Source of the DNA: Pirellulales bacterium
GTDB lineage: Bacteria; Planctomycetota; Planctomycetia; Pirellulales; JAGQOS01
Assembly: GCA_028289525.1 (NCBI GenBank)
Contig: JANQPJ010000187.1
Location: 2,928 to 66,927, forward strand
Direction of reading: 5' to 3'
Length of the DNA: 64,000 nucleotides
Made by a program: the position numbers and the translations under genes. Below the pieces are notes generated by a model, which had not been told where the DNA came from, ran no database searches, and saw only the letters and a program-made list of their open reading frames with translations. Of the stretch, positions 1-8,624 are shown piece after piece (position 1 is the first letter of the stretch; the number at the start of each line of letters is the position of its first letter).

Positions 1-1
1 C

Positions 2-391
2 TCGCGCCGCGAGGTCTGTAGCATGCAACGTCAAACTACCAACTCGCCGTTGCAAGCATTGGTGTTGCTCAACGACATTCAGTTTGTCGAAGCGTGTCGC
101 GTGTTGGCCGAGCGTGTGTTGGCCGAAGGGGGCAAGGACGATCCGGCCCGTGTGACGTTTGCATTCCGTCTGCTCACAGGCCGGCAGCCAAGTTCGCAAG
201 AATTGCAATTGCTGGGTGAAATTTACACCGAGCAGCGCGCCGTCTATACCGAGACGCCAGAGCGTGCCTCAGAACTGATCGCCGTAGGTAGTAAAAAGCC
301 GGTGGAGACGCTGGAGGCCGGCGAACTGGCCGCGACCACTGTGCTTGTACAAGCGATTGCCAATTTGGATGCTACTGTCTGGACTCGCTGA
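2..391 (+). CDS. DUF1553 (PSD1-type) domain protein, C-terminal fragment (5' end outside window)
   Basis: The frame is open from nt 2, with no stop before the first Met at 23, so the gene starts left of the window. The tail SPLQALVLLNDxxFVEA...FRLLTGRQPSSQEL matches my memory of the conserved C-terminus of planctomycetal DUF1553 proteins. The usual DUF1501 partner follows 27 nt later. Confidence 0.75.
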   Translation, partial: SRREVCSMQRQTTNSPLQALVLLNDIQFVEACRVLAERVLAEGGKDDPARVTFAFRLLTGRQPSSQELQLLGEIYTEQRAVYTETPERASELIAVGSKKPVETLEAGELAATTVLVQAIANLDATVWTR

Positions 392-417
392 TTTTTGGCC
401 GACTTGGAGCGAATCTT

Positions 418-1920
418 ATGAATCCGTTCAATTTTTGTAGTCCACAGGCTGAACATGCCCGCGCGATCAATCGTCGCGTGTTGTTTTCCAAAACGGCCAC
501 CGGCATCGGCACACTGGCCCTCGGTTCGTTGCTAACTCCCAACGCAACTGCCAACACGGCGACCGGTGGCGTGCTCGCCAAGCCGCATTTCGCGCCTCGC
601 GCCAAGCGGATTATCTACCTGTTCCAATCAGGCGGACCCTCACAGCAAGATTTGTTTGACTACAAACCCTTGTTGAACGAAAAGAATGGCGAGCAACTCC
701 CAGATCATGTTCGCAGTGGGCAGCGTCTTACTGGAATGACGTCGAATCAGGCGTCGATTCCATTGGCCGGTTCAATTTTCAAATTTGCCCAGCACGGCCA
801 AAGCGGAGCCTGGCTGAGCGATCTGTTGCCCCATACGGCCAAGGTGGCCGACGAACTGTGCTTCGTCAAGTCGGTTTTCACCGAAGCGATTAACCACGAC
901 CCGGCGATCACATTTTTTCAAACGGGCCATCAACTTGCCGGCCGGCCATCGTTTGGTTCATGGCTCTCTTATGGGCTCGGCTCGCTCAACGAAAATTTGC
1001 CCAGCTTTGTCGTGCTGGTCAGTGCCGGACAAGGCGGGCAACCGCTTTACGCCAGACTTTGGGGAAGTGGATTTCTCGATTCGCGATTCCAAGGCGTACG
1101 GTTTCGTTCCGGGAAAGATCCGGTCTTGTATCTCTCGAATCCCGCCGGCGTCGATCCGGCCAGCCGCCGGGCGATGCTCGACAAGCTGGGAGCACTCAAT
1201 CGGTTGCAGTTCCAGCAAGAGATCGACCCCGAGATTGAGTCGCGGATTGCCCAATATGAGATGGCGTATCGCATGCAGACGAGCGTTCCCGAGGTGACCG
1301 ATCTTTCCGACGAGCCGGACCATGTGTTCAAGCTATACGGTCCAAGCGCCAAAAAGCCTGGCACTTATGCGGCCAATTGCCTGCTTGCCCGGCGCTTGGC
1401 CGAGCAGGGAGTCCGTTTCATTCAGCTTTACCATCAAGGCTGGGATCAACACGACAACCTGCCCAAGGGAATTCGCGGCCAAGCCCACGAGACCGATCAG
1501 GCCTCGGCCGCGCTGGTTTCCGATCTCAAGGCGCGTGGTATGCTCGACGATACGTTAATCGTGTGGGGAGGTGAGTTCGGGCGGACTTCCTATTCCCAAG
1601 GCAAGCTCACCGCGACCAACTATGGGCGCGACCATCACCCGCGTTGCTTTACGATTTGGATGGCCGGCGGCGGCATCAAACCGGGAATGTCGTTTGGCCA
1701 CACGGACGACTATGGCTACAACATTGCCGACACCGAGGGCAACCCAATTCACCCGACCAAGGACCATTACACCCCTGGAGCCGTCCACGTCCATGATCTC
1801 CAGGCGACCATCCTTCACCAGCTAGGCATCGATCACACGAAGCTTACCTATAAACATCAGGGTCGCCGGTTCCGCCTGACCGATGTTCACGGCCATGTGG
1901 TCAAAGACTTGCTCGCGTAG
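418..1920 (+). CDS. DUF1501 domain protein (sulfatase-fold, Tat-type signal)
   Basis: 500 aa. Twin-arginine-like N-terminus (INRRVLFSKTATGIGTLALGSLL). Conserved blocks YLFQSGGPSQQDLFDYKP, GSWLSYGLGS, WGGEFGRT and GRDHH. Classical DUF1553/DUF1501 gene pair. Confidence 0.9.
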   Translation: MNPFNFCSPQAEHARAINRRVLFSKTATGIGTLALGSLLTPNATANTATGGVLAKPHFAPRAKRIIYLFQSGGPSQQDLFDYKPLLNEKNGEQLPDHVRSGQRLTGMTSNQASIPLAGSIFKFAQHGQSGAWLSDLLPHTAKVADELCFVKSVFTEAINHDPAITFFQTGHQLAGRPSFGSWLSYGLGSLNENLPSFVVLVSAGQGGQPLYARLWGSGFLDSRFQGVRFRSGKDPVLYLSNPAGVDPASRRAMLDKLGALNRLQFQQEIDPEIESRIAQYEMAYRMQTSVPEVTDLSDEPDHVFKLYGPSAKKPGTYAANCLLARRLAEQGVRFIQLYHQGWDQHDNLPKGIRGQAHETDQASAALVSDLKARGMLDDTLIVWGGEFGRTSYSQGKLTATNYGRDHHPRCFTIWMAGGGIKPGMSFGHTDDYGYNIADTEGNPIHPTKDHYTPGAVHVHDLQATILHQLGIDHTKLTYKHQGRRFRLTDVHGHVVKDLLA

Positions 1921-1951
1921 CCATTCTGCCGAACCGTATTAGTAGCGTTCC

Positions 1952-2013
1952 TCAGTCGTTCCAAATTGCTAGTTCCTGTTCGTAACAGCGGTCGGTGACC
2001 GCTCGCGAAACAC
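1952..2013 (-). repeat. Repeat family E, right-half copy (E3), reverse orientation
   Basis: The reverse complement reads GTGTTTCGCGAGCGGTCACCGACCGCTGTTAC...TTTGGAACGACTGA. This matches the right half of the full copies at 16611-16734 and 25493-25613. Confidence 0.8.
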
Positions 2014-2049
2014 TTCTCTTTACACTCTCTTACTCACTTATTTTTCATT

Positions 2050-2167
2050 ACAGCTTGTTTTATTGATGATTGACTTAAGAACGGATCTTCGTGCATGTCA
2101 ATTTTATCTTGATTTTTCGGTCTCCCGTTGGGCGGCCGATATAAGTTATCTAGTCAACATCCAATAA
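2050..2167 (+). repeat. Repeat family F copy F1 (~118 bp)
   Basis: Aligns by eye at roughly 80% identity with 20154-20271. Shared blocks: TTTTATTGATGATTGACTTAA, GATTTTxCGGxCTCCCGTTGGGCGGCC, GTTATCTAGTCAACAxCCAATAA. Confidence 0.85.
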
Positions 2168-2175
2168 GACAAAGC

Positions 2176-2283
2176 CTAGCAGACGCTGGCATTCGAACTT
2201 GAGAGTTGCAAGCTTTTGCTTGTCCCTAGCCGCGACGCGACGCGTCGCCGGGGCCCCACAAAACGGATGTCATCGTCTACTCG
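2176..2283 (+). repeat. Repeat family A, full-length copy A1 (MITE-like, ~108 bp)
   Basis: Ends are CTAGCAGACGCTGGCAT and ATGTCATCGTCTACTCG, forming ~17-nt terminal inverted repeats. Internal GTTGCAAGCTT. Central GC palindrome CTAGCCGCGACGCGACGCGTCGCCGGGG. Same architecture as 35844-35960 in the opposite orientation. Confidence 0.9.
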
Positions 2284-2321
2284 TAATCTCGCTCAATTTT
2301 TATCAGATTGATAGGAAGCGT

Positions 2322-4640
2322 ATGATGCTCAAACGATTTCTCCTCGGTTGGTTGTGTGTTGTTCTGATTGCTGGAACGGTTCAAGCACAACAGGAGTGCC
2401 GCGTGGAGATTGATTGGCCAGCCTTTCTGCGCCAGCACGATTTGGTTTGGGAAAAGCTGCCTGGCCGATGGGAAGAAGCGCCTTATCTCGGCAACGGCAA
2501 CATCGGCACCATGCTCTACATGGATCGGCGAAACAATTCAATCCGTCTGCAATTGTTTCGCACCGATGTCCAGGATCATCGTGACAACTCGTATGGCTGG
2601 ACACCTTACAGCCGGCCACGCTTCATGATTGGTTCATTCCACCTCAAACCAGTCGGCAAGCTACAAGGTTGTCAGTGGCGGCTCGATCTTTGGAATGCCA
2701 CGCTGCATGGAAGTCTGGAGACGGATCGAGGAACCATTGAATTTCAGCATCTGGTCCACACCGATGAGATGGTGGTTTACACTTCGCTAGAGACCACCGA
2801 AGGCGAGAATGGTTGCCAATGGAAGTGGCAGCCGGGCCGTGCTGAAACCACGCGGCCAGGCTATCCGCGCGACGAGCGCGGCAAGGCCAAGTTTGCCAAG
2901 CTTTATGGCGCCCACTACCTGAAGACTTTGAAGCCTTATGTGGCGAACCCGGCCGTTGCGTTGGAAAAACGCAATGGAGTCGATGTCTCAGTCCAAAATC
3001 TGCTGGCCGGTGGGCAATATGCTGTGGCCTGGAAAGAGGTCCAACGGGCTGAAAATCGCCGCGACATGGTGGTCAGTATTGAAAAGAGCTATCCTGAAGC
3101 GACGGCTGCCGATCAAGCAGTAGCAAATGTCAAAAAGGTGCTCGACGGCAACCAGCAGCAGTGGATCGAGGCGCATCAAACGTGGTGGCACGATTACTAT
3201 CCGGCCAGCTTTGTCACGCTTCCGGACACCCGGTTGGAAAGTTTGTATTGGCACCAGATGTACAAGATGGCTTGCGCCACTCGTAGCGATCGGCCCATGA
3301 TGGACACGGCTGGCCCGTGGATCCAACCGACGCCTTGGCCGTATATCACGTGGGATCTGAACGTTCAACTCTGTTACTGGCCGGTCTATCCGGCCAACCG
3401 GCTGCATTTGGGCGATTCGCTGATCAACGTTCTCCACCAGAACCGGCAAACGCTGATCGACAATGTGCGTCCTCGGGAGTGGCAAGCCGATTCGGCCTTC
3501 GTAGCGACGACTTCGGCCCAAGATTTGATCGAGCCGCGCGATGGCGATATGCGCTATTACGACGCGGTTGGCCATTTGCCTTGGGCAATGCACAACTGCT
3601 GGCTGCAGTACCGCTTTTCGATGGACGACGAGCTACTGCGGACCAAAATTTTTCCGCTATTGCGGCGCAGTATTAATCTTTACCGCCATCTGTTGATCGA
3701 AGACGATGACGGCCGGTTGCATCTGCCCAAAACCTATTCGCCCGAGACGACCACGGTGCCCAATTGCAACTACGACTTGGCGCTGTTGCGCTGGGGATGC
3801 CAGGCGCTGTTACAGGCAGCCCAACGACTGAAGATCGACGATCCGCTGATACCAGAGTGGAAAAACATTCTCGACCGCTTGGTCGATTTCCCGGTTGGCA
3901 AGAATGGCTTCATGCTAGGCACCGGCGCGCCGTTTAACCGGTCCCATCGCCACTATTCCCATCTGTTGATGGCCTATCCGCTCTATCTGGTGAACATTGA
4001 CCAAGCCGAAGAAAATCGAGCACTGATCGAAAAATCGCTCAAGCATTGGATCGGTTTCCCCCGAGCATTGGCCGGCTACTCCTACACCGGGGCGTCATCC
4101 CTTTCGGCCGCGATTGGCAACGGCAACGATGCATTGCGCTATGTTAAAGGCCTCGAACGATATCTCCAGCCAAACGGTCTCTACAAAGAAATGGGGCCGG
4201 TGATGGAAACACCGCTCTCGGCAGCCCAGTCGATCCACGACATGCTGCTGCAAAGCTGGGAAGCGACCATTCGAGTCTTTCCCGCCGTGCCGGATGCGTG
4301 GCAGGACGTAACGTTTCATGACCTGAGAACCGATGGGGCGTTCCTGGTGAGCGCGTCACGCCAGGCTGGCAAAACCCAATGGGTCCGCGTGAAAAGTCTG
4401 GCCGGCGAGCCTTGCCGAATCAAGCCGGGATTCACTGGCCCCATTCACGTTGCTGGTTTGCGCTCGTTTGAACTGGAAGAGTTGAAACCAGGGCTTTACA
4501 CGTTAGATATCAAGCAGGGCGAAGAGGCAATCCTTTGGACCGGCGATCAAACCAAAACGCCAGAGCTGCTGGTCGCGCCGCTACCTGCTCAAGAGAATCG
4601 TACGAACACGTTTGGCCTGCGAGACAAACGTTCGCAATAA
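2322..4640 (+). CDS. Secreted glycoside hydrolase, six-hairpin / GH95-like
   Basis: The tracked ORF starts at 2199, but its first 41 codons read through repeat A1. Met-Met at 2322 is preceded by AGGAAG and followed by a signal peptide (LKRFLLGWLCVVLIAGTVQAQQ). The block WDLNVQLCYWPVYPANR resembles the xNxQMNYWP region of GH95-type enzymes. That family call is from memory only. Confidence 0.7.
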   Translation: MMLKRFLLGWLCVVLIAGTVQAQQECRVEIDWPAFLRQHDLVWEKLPGRWEEAPYLGNGNIGTMLYMDRRNNSIRLQLFRTDVQDHRDNSYGWTPYSRPRFMIGSFHLKPVGKLQGCQWRLDLWNATLHGSLETDRGTIEFQHLVHTDEMVVYTSLETTEGENGCQWKWQPGRAETTRPGYPRDERGKAKFAKLYGAHYLKTLKPYVANPAVALEKRNGVDVSVQNLLAGGQYAVAWKEVQRAENRRDMVVSIEKSYPEATAADQAVANVKKVLDGNQQQWIEAHQTWWHDYYPASFVTLPDTRLESLYWHQMYKMACATRSDRPMMDTAGPWIQPTPWPYITWDLNVQLCYWPVYPANRLHLGDSLINVLHQNRQTLIDNVRPREWQADSAFVATTSAQDLIEPRDGDMRYYDAVGHLPWAMHNCWLQYRFSMDDELLRTKIFPLLRRSINLYRHLLIEDDDGRLHLPKTYSPETTTVPNCNYDLALLRWGCQALLQAAQRLKIDDPLIPEWKNILDRLVDFPVGKNGFMLGTGAPFNRSHRHYSHLLMAYPLYLVNIDQAEENRALIEKSLKHWIGFPRALAGYSYTGASSLSAAIGNGNDALRYVKGLERYLQPNGLYKEMGPVMETPLSAAQSIHDMLLQSWEATIRVFPAVPDAWQDVTFHDLRTDGAFLVSASRQAGKTQWVRVKSLAGEPCRIKPGFTGPIHVAGLRSFELEELKPGLYTLDIKQGEEAILWTGDQTKTPELLVAPLPAQENRTNTFGLRDKRSQ

Positions 4641-4652
4641 CGATTGACAGGG

Positions 4653-4722
4653 CTAGTAGGCGATGGCATTCGAATTTGGAGGTTGCAAGCTTCTGTTTGC
4701 CCCCTGCCACGACGCCGGGGCC
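4653..4722 (+). repeat. Repeat family A, partial copy A2 (left half, internally deleted core)
   Basis: CTAGTAGGCGATGGCATTCGAATTTGGAGGTTGCAAGCTTCTGTTTGCCCCCTGCCACGACGCCGGGGCC. It lacks the right arm. Confidence 0.8.
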
Positions 4723-4723
4723 T

Positions 4724-4809
4724 TTTTTATAAAGCCTGAAGCGCAAGCGAAGGAATTATTTTAATCGATTGTGCAATTCCTTCGCTTGCGCTTCAGGCTT
4801 CATAAAAAA
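4724..4809. repeat. Repeat family C hairpin C1 (26-bp perfect stem); probable bidirectional terminator
   Basis: AAGCCTGAAGCGCAAGCGAAGGAATT (4732-4757) is perfectly complementary to AATTCCTTCGCTTGCGCTTCAGGCTT (4775-4800). T/A runs flank it. It lies about 85 nt after the GH stop codon. Confidence 0.85.
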
Positions 4810-4829
4810 CGTTTTTCTCTCGTTCCTAA

Positions 4830-4959
4830 CTGGACAGCGCCACCTTTGAGTGCAATACAAGCCCGACGCGCAAGCGAGGGAATTTGAGTGGAACGTATTC
4901 CCTCGCTTGCGCGTCGGGCTTGTATTTCGGAGAATTCACAACAAAGTGGCGCTGTCCAG
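4830..4959. repeat. Repeat family D hairpin D1 (30-bp perfect stem) nested in a second inverted repeat
   Basis: Inner arms 4854-4883 and 4897-4926 (AATACAAGCCCGACGCGCAAGCGAGGGAAT) are perfectly complementary. Outer arms are CTGGACAGCGCCACCTTTG (4830-4848) and CAAAGTGGCGCTGTCCAG (4942-4959). The 12-nt direct repeat TTCTCTCGTTCC sits at 4815-4826 and 4971-4982. Confidence 0.9.
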
Positions 4960-5103
4960 CTAAGCTCTGCTTCTCTCGTTCCCAAGCTCTGCTTGGGAAC
5001 CAGTTTATCACGAGTGTACCCCTCTCGGAAGGAAGCACACGAGAAAGAAAGCCGCCACCAAAAATTAATGCACCCAACACGTAAAACTCGGCCTACACAC
5101 CGT

Positions 5104-6096
5104 TCACGGCCGAATCACAATTTTACCGGCCAAGACTCCCGATTGACCAACGGTTGACTCTTCTTGCAACCGGTGCGCGGCAGCCGTTTCCGACAACGGC
5201 AACACCCGGTCAATCCGCGCGCAAAGGCTGCCTTCGGTGAGCCAGCGGTTGATGTCGTCGGCCGCTGCCTGCTGTTCCTCCGGCGTGGCCATGAACATCG
5301 CAAAGCCGAGCAACTGGCAGCCTTTCACGTAAAACGGACCCACCGGAAACGGCGGTCGGGCGTCGCGGCCGGCCATCAACACCATTCGACCACGCAGGGC
5401 CAAATGCTCGACGGTTCGCTCAAAATCGGGCTCGCGCAGCGTTTCCCACCAAACATTTACGCCTTCCGGAGCAAACGTGCTGATCGCGGCCGACACATCT
5501 TCGGTTTTGTAATTGATGGCCAGATCGGCTCCCAACTGGCGACAGACCTCGCACTTGGCTTCGCTGCCGGCGGTCGTTACGACTCGGGCACCCAGGCATT
5601 TGGCCATCTGCACCACCGCCGAACCAACACCACCGCTGCCGCCGTTGACAAACAGAGTTTCGCCAGCCTGTAGTTTGGCGTCTCGGCACAGGCCCAAATG
5701 AGCGGTGATCGCGACCAGCGCCACGGCTGCCGCGTCTTCATCCGACACATTATTCGGAGTCGCGTAGAGCCAATGTTGATCGACGGCGGCAAACTCGGCA
5801 CAGGTGCCTTGACGGCCGAGCAGCCCTTGGTTGGTTCCCCACACACGGTCGCCGACCTGGAAACGGCTAGCGTCCGGCCCAACCGCTTCGACCGTGCCGG
5901 CCAGATCGCAACCAACCACAAACGGCGTCGGTAACTCCATGGCGATCATCCCGCTACGGATATAGGTATCGACCGGATTCACACTGGCAGCCTCGACTCG
6001 AACCAGAACTTGCGAGCCAGTTGGCTCGGGCATCGGGAGGTCTCCGTAAACAATCGAATCAACCGGGCCAGGCTCGTGGATGTAGGCTGCTTTCAT
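5104..6096 (-). CDS. NADPH:quinone oxidoreductase / zinc-type alcohol dehydrogenase superfamily (MDR)
   Basis: 330 aa. GroES-like N-terminus VLVRVEAASVNPVDTYIRSG. Rossmann motif GETLFVNGGSGGVGSAVVQMAK. Confidence 0.9.
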   Translation of the reverse strand: MKAAYIHEPGPVDSIVYGDLPMPEPTGSQVLVRVEAASVNPVDTYIRSGMIAMELPTPFVVGCDLAGTVEAVGPDASRFQVGDRVWGTNQGLLGRQGTCAEFAAVDQHWLYATPNNVSDEDAAAVALVAITAHLGLCRDAKLQAGETLFVNGGSGGVGSAVVQMAKCLGARVVTTAGSEAKCEVCRQLGADLAINYKTEDVSAAISTFAPEGVNVWWETLREPDFERTVEHLALRGRMVLMAGRDARPPFPVGPFYVKGCQLLGFAMFMATPEEQQAAADDINRWLTEGSLCARIDRVLPLSETAAAHRLQEESTVGQSGVLAGKIVIRP

Positions 6097-6349
6097 CGTT
6101 GGGCAACTCGTAGCGGGGTGCGATGTGAGTAAGCGAGCCTGATATTAAACCGCGAATCAGCACGAGCAATCAAGACGCGACGATTTGACAACGCGAGAAT
6201 CGACGTCGAGCCAAAATAAAAACAATCGCGTCCATCCGCGTCATTCGCGGGCAAAAAACCGTCTCTGAAATCTCCAATGGCCAATCGGTGTCGTCCAAAG
6301 CTATAATGCAACGACAACACTCCTCACTCTCCAGAACCCAGGCTGTCAC

Positions 6350-7927
6350 GTGATTCGCCGGCTTCGTCCTCATCCTGGCTTGGTCGTCCTGATCATCCTC
6401 GGCACAGCGGGTTATCTGCTGGTCACGATGCCCCCGGTGGTGATCGACCGCTACCAGGCTGCCCAGCGATTATCGCCGGCCTGGGGCTATGTCTATCTGG
6501 CTACCGTGATCGTCGGCAGTTTGTTGTTGGCCGGGATTGCCCTGTGGATGCTCGTGACCATCTGGCGCAACACGCGGCGAAAAGACAAAAGCCGTCAACG
6601 TCGCGGCAAAAACCCAAGCCAACTTTCCCGAGCCGACCAGGAGCGGGAATTGCGCGACAATCTGGCCGCTGGCGACGCCTATGTGGCCGAGGGCCAAGTG
6701 TCGACCGAGGTGCGCGAACAAATTCGCCAGGCGGTCGAGGCGATGGAATCGAAGATCGCGGCCGGTCGTTTAGAGATTGTCGCCTTTGGCACGATCTCCA
6801 GTGGCAAGTCGTCGCTCTTAAATGCCCTGGCCGGTCGTGAACTGTTTCGAACCGACCCGCGTGGCGGCACCACCGTCACGCGTAGCGAAGTTCCCTGGCC
6901 GGCTGGCGACAAGGTCTATTTGACCGACACACCTGGTCTGGCCGAAGTGGCTGGCGAAGCTCGGGCAGCCGAGGCAGCCGCTGCGGCTCAGGACGCCGAC
7001 CTGGTGGTGTTCGTCGTCGATGGGCCGCTCAAGGCCTACGAATTCGACCTCTTAAAACGGCTCTCCGAGATGGAGAAGCGAGCGGTTATCTGCTTGAACA
7101 AGGAAGATTGGTTCGAAGGCCCCCAGCGGGAAGAGCTACTCGGCCAACTTCGCCAACAGGTGGCCGCCCATGTGGCGGCCGGGGACGTGGTGGCCGTACG
7201 GGCACGCCCCTCAAGCCGTCAACGTGTGCGCGTGTTGCCCGACGGCACCGAACAACGTGAAACCGCCATGTCCGAGGCCGATATCGCGCCGCTGGCCGAA
7301 CGCATGCTTGAGATTGTCTCGTGCGATGGCCGCGATTTGTTGTTGGCCAACCTACTGCTCCAATCCCGAGGACTGGTCGAGACCGCCAAACGAAAAGCCC
7401 GTGCGACGCTCGATGCCCAGGCCGAGGGGATCGTCTCGCGGCACATGTGGGCAGCCGGCGGAGCGGCAGCTGTCAACCCGATTCCGCTACTCGACTTGGC
7501 CGGCGGCAGCGCGATCACTGTCAAGATGGTCCTCGATCTAGCCCGGGTTTATCGCCAGTCGATCGACGTCGACACGGTAGTCGAGATGCTGGGCCAGTTG
7601 ACGAAAAACCTGGTCGGCATGTTAGGCGTCACGGCTGCCGCGCCGGCAGTCAGCACCATGTTGGCTTCGCTGTTGAAAACCGTGCCAGGCATCGGCACCA
7701 TTGCTGGCGGCCTACTGCAAGGGCTCGTCCAGGCTCTGCTCACACGATGGATCGGCAATATCTTTATCGTCTATTTCCAAGACGAGATGCAAGAACCCGA
7801 GGGCGGCCTGGCCGAATTGGCTCGTCGCCAATGGCAGCAAGTCACGAAGCCTGCCGAACTGATCAAACTGGTCCAGACAGGCCGAAAGCAATTAGGCCAA
7901 GTCGAAGACGATTCGCCGTCAGAATAA
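6350..7927 (+). CDS. Membrane-associated GTPase with C-terminal DUF697-like region
   Basis: 525 aa, GTG start. N-terminal TM helices. G1 GTISSGKSSLLNAL, G3 DTPGL, G4 LNKED. The hydrophobic Gly/Ala-rich C-terminal third resembles the YcjF/DUF697 type. Confidence 0.8.
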   Translation: MIRRLRPHPGLVVLIILGTAGYLLVTMPPVVIDRYQAAQRLSPAWGYVYLATVIVGSLLLAGIALWMLVTIWRNTRRKDKSRQRRGKNPSQLSRADQERELRDNLAAGDAYVAEGQVSTEVREQIRQAVEAMESKIAAGRLEIVAFGTISSGKSSLLNALAGRELFRTDPRGGTTVTRSEVPWPAGDKVYLTDTPGLAEVAGEARAAEAAAAAQDADLVVFVVDGPLKAYEFDLLKRLSEMEKRAVICLNKEDWFEGPQREELLGQLRQQVAAHVAAGDVVAVRARPSSRQRVRVLPDGTEQRETAMSEADIAPLAERMLEIVSCDGRDLLLANLLLQSRGLVETAKRKARATLDAQAEGIVSRHMWAAGGAAAVNPIPLLDLAGGSAITVKMVLDLARVYRQSIDVDTVVEMLGQLTKNLVGMLGVTAAAPAVSTMLASLLKTVPGIGTIAGGLLQGLVQALLTRWIGNIFIVYFQDEMQEPEGGLAELARRQWQQVTKPAELIKLVQTGRKQLGQVEDDSPSE

Positions 7928-7971
7928 TCGTGCTTGCGAAAAAACAGAAAAGGGAATTGTGAGTTGTGCAT

Positions 7972-8070
7972 GATGTGCTGTTGGCCCCTAGCCGCGACGC
8001 GTCGCCGGGGTGCTAGAGTAAACTTGGATTGAAACGCCCTGGCGTCGCGGCTAGGGTCGTCTAGCACATC
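7972..8070. repeat. Repeat family A variant A3 (~100-bp imperfect palindrome)
   Basis: GATGTGCTG..CCCCTAGCCGCGACGCGTCGCCGGGG on the left. CCCTGGCGTCGCGGCTAGGG..CTAGCACATC on the right. Confidence 0.75.
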
Positions 8071-8440
8071 GCTTACAACGCAGGTATTAGAAAACGCGAT
8101 CGCGTACGAACCATCACAAATTGCAAAACAAAACAGAAAGATAAGTCACGCGTTGTAAACGATGTACTCTTGCTTCAACATGGATCGAGCTTAGAAAACG
8201 CGTGAGCGCGTACTAATCACTAACAACTAACAACACTCTTCTGCTTCGGATTTAACTTTCTAGACTTCTCCATGCGGCGGTATAGAAACGCCAAGACCTC
8301 GACGCTCACGGCCAACGTCACCTCAGGCGACAATCAGGTGCGATTTGAACTTAACAGACGGTAGGTGTTGTAGAGCCTCCCGTCTCTTGGGGGGTAGTGT
8401 CGCCAGTCGCTAAATGGTGAAAATCCGCAATTTAATCGGA

Positions 8441-8470
8441 TGTTGCACCATTGTGCACCATTTTGCACCA
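8441..8470 (+). promoter_or_regulatory. Three tandem 10-bp repeats xxTTGCACCA / xxGTGCACCA / xxTTGCACCA upstream of hemD-hemE
   Basis: TGTTGCACCA TTGTGCACCA TTTTGCACCA, in exact 10-bp (one helical turn) phasing, about 155-205 nt upstream of the candidate starts of the next gene. Confidence 0.5.
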
Positions 8471-8624
8471 AGGGCGATTTGGGCGATGAAATGGCATCTG
8501 GGCGTCCTATGGCGGCCCGGCGACGCGCCGGGCCGCGGCTAGAAGCTGGTCGATCGCGCAAACGTTCATTCACCAGGCGTCTCCCGCCTGTCGCGTCGAT
8601 CCTGAATGTATTAGGATACTGCCC

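Noticed and set aside
2199-2321. N-terminal 41 codons of the 813-aa ORF
   Set aside because: This part is the translation of repeat A1 (..LAATRRVAGAPQNG..). A Met-Met with RBS and signal peptide at 2322 is the credible start.
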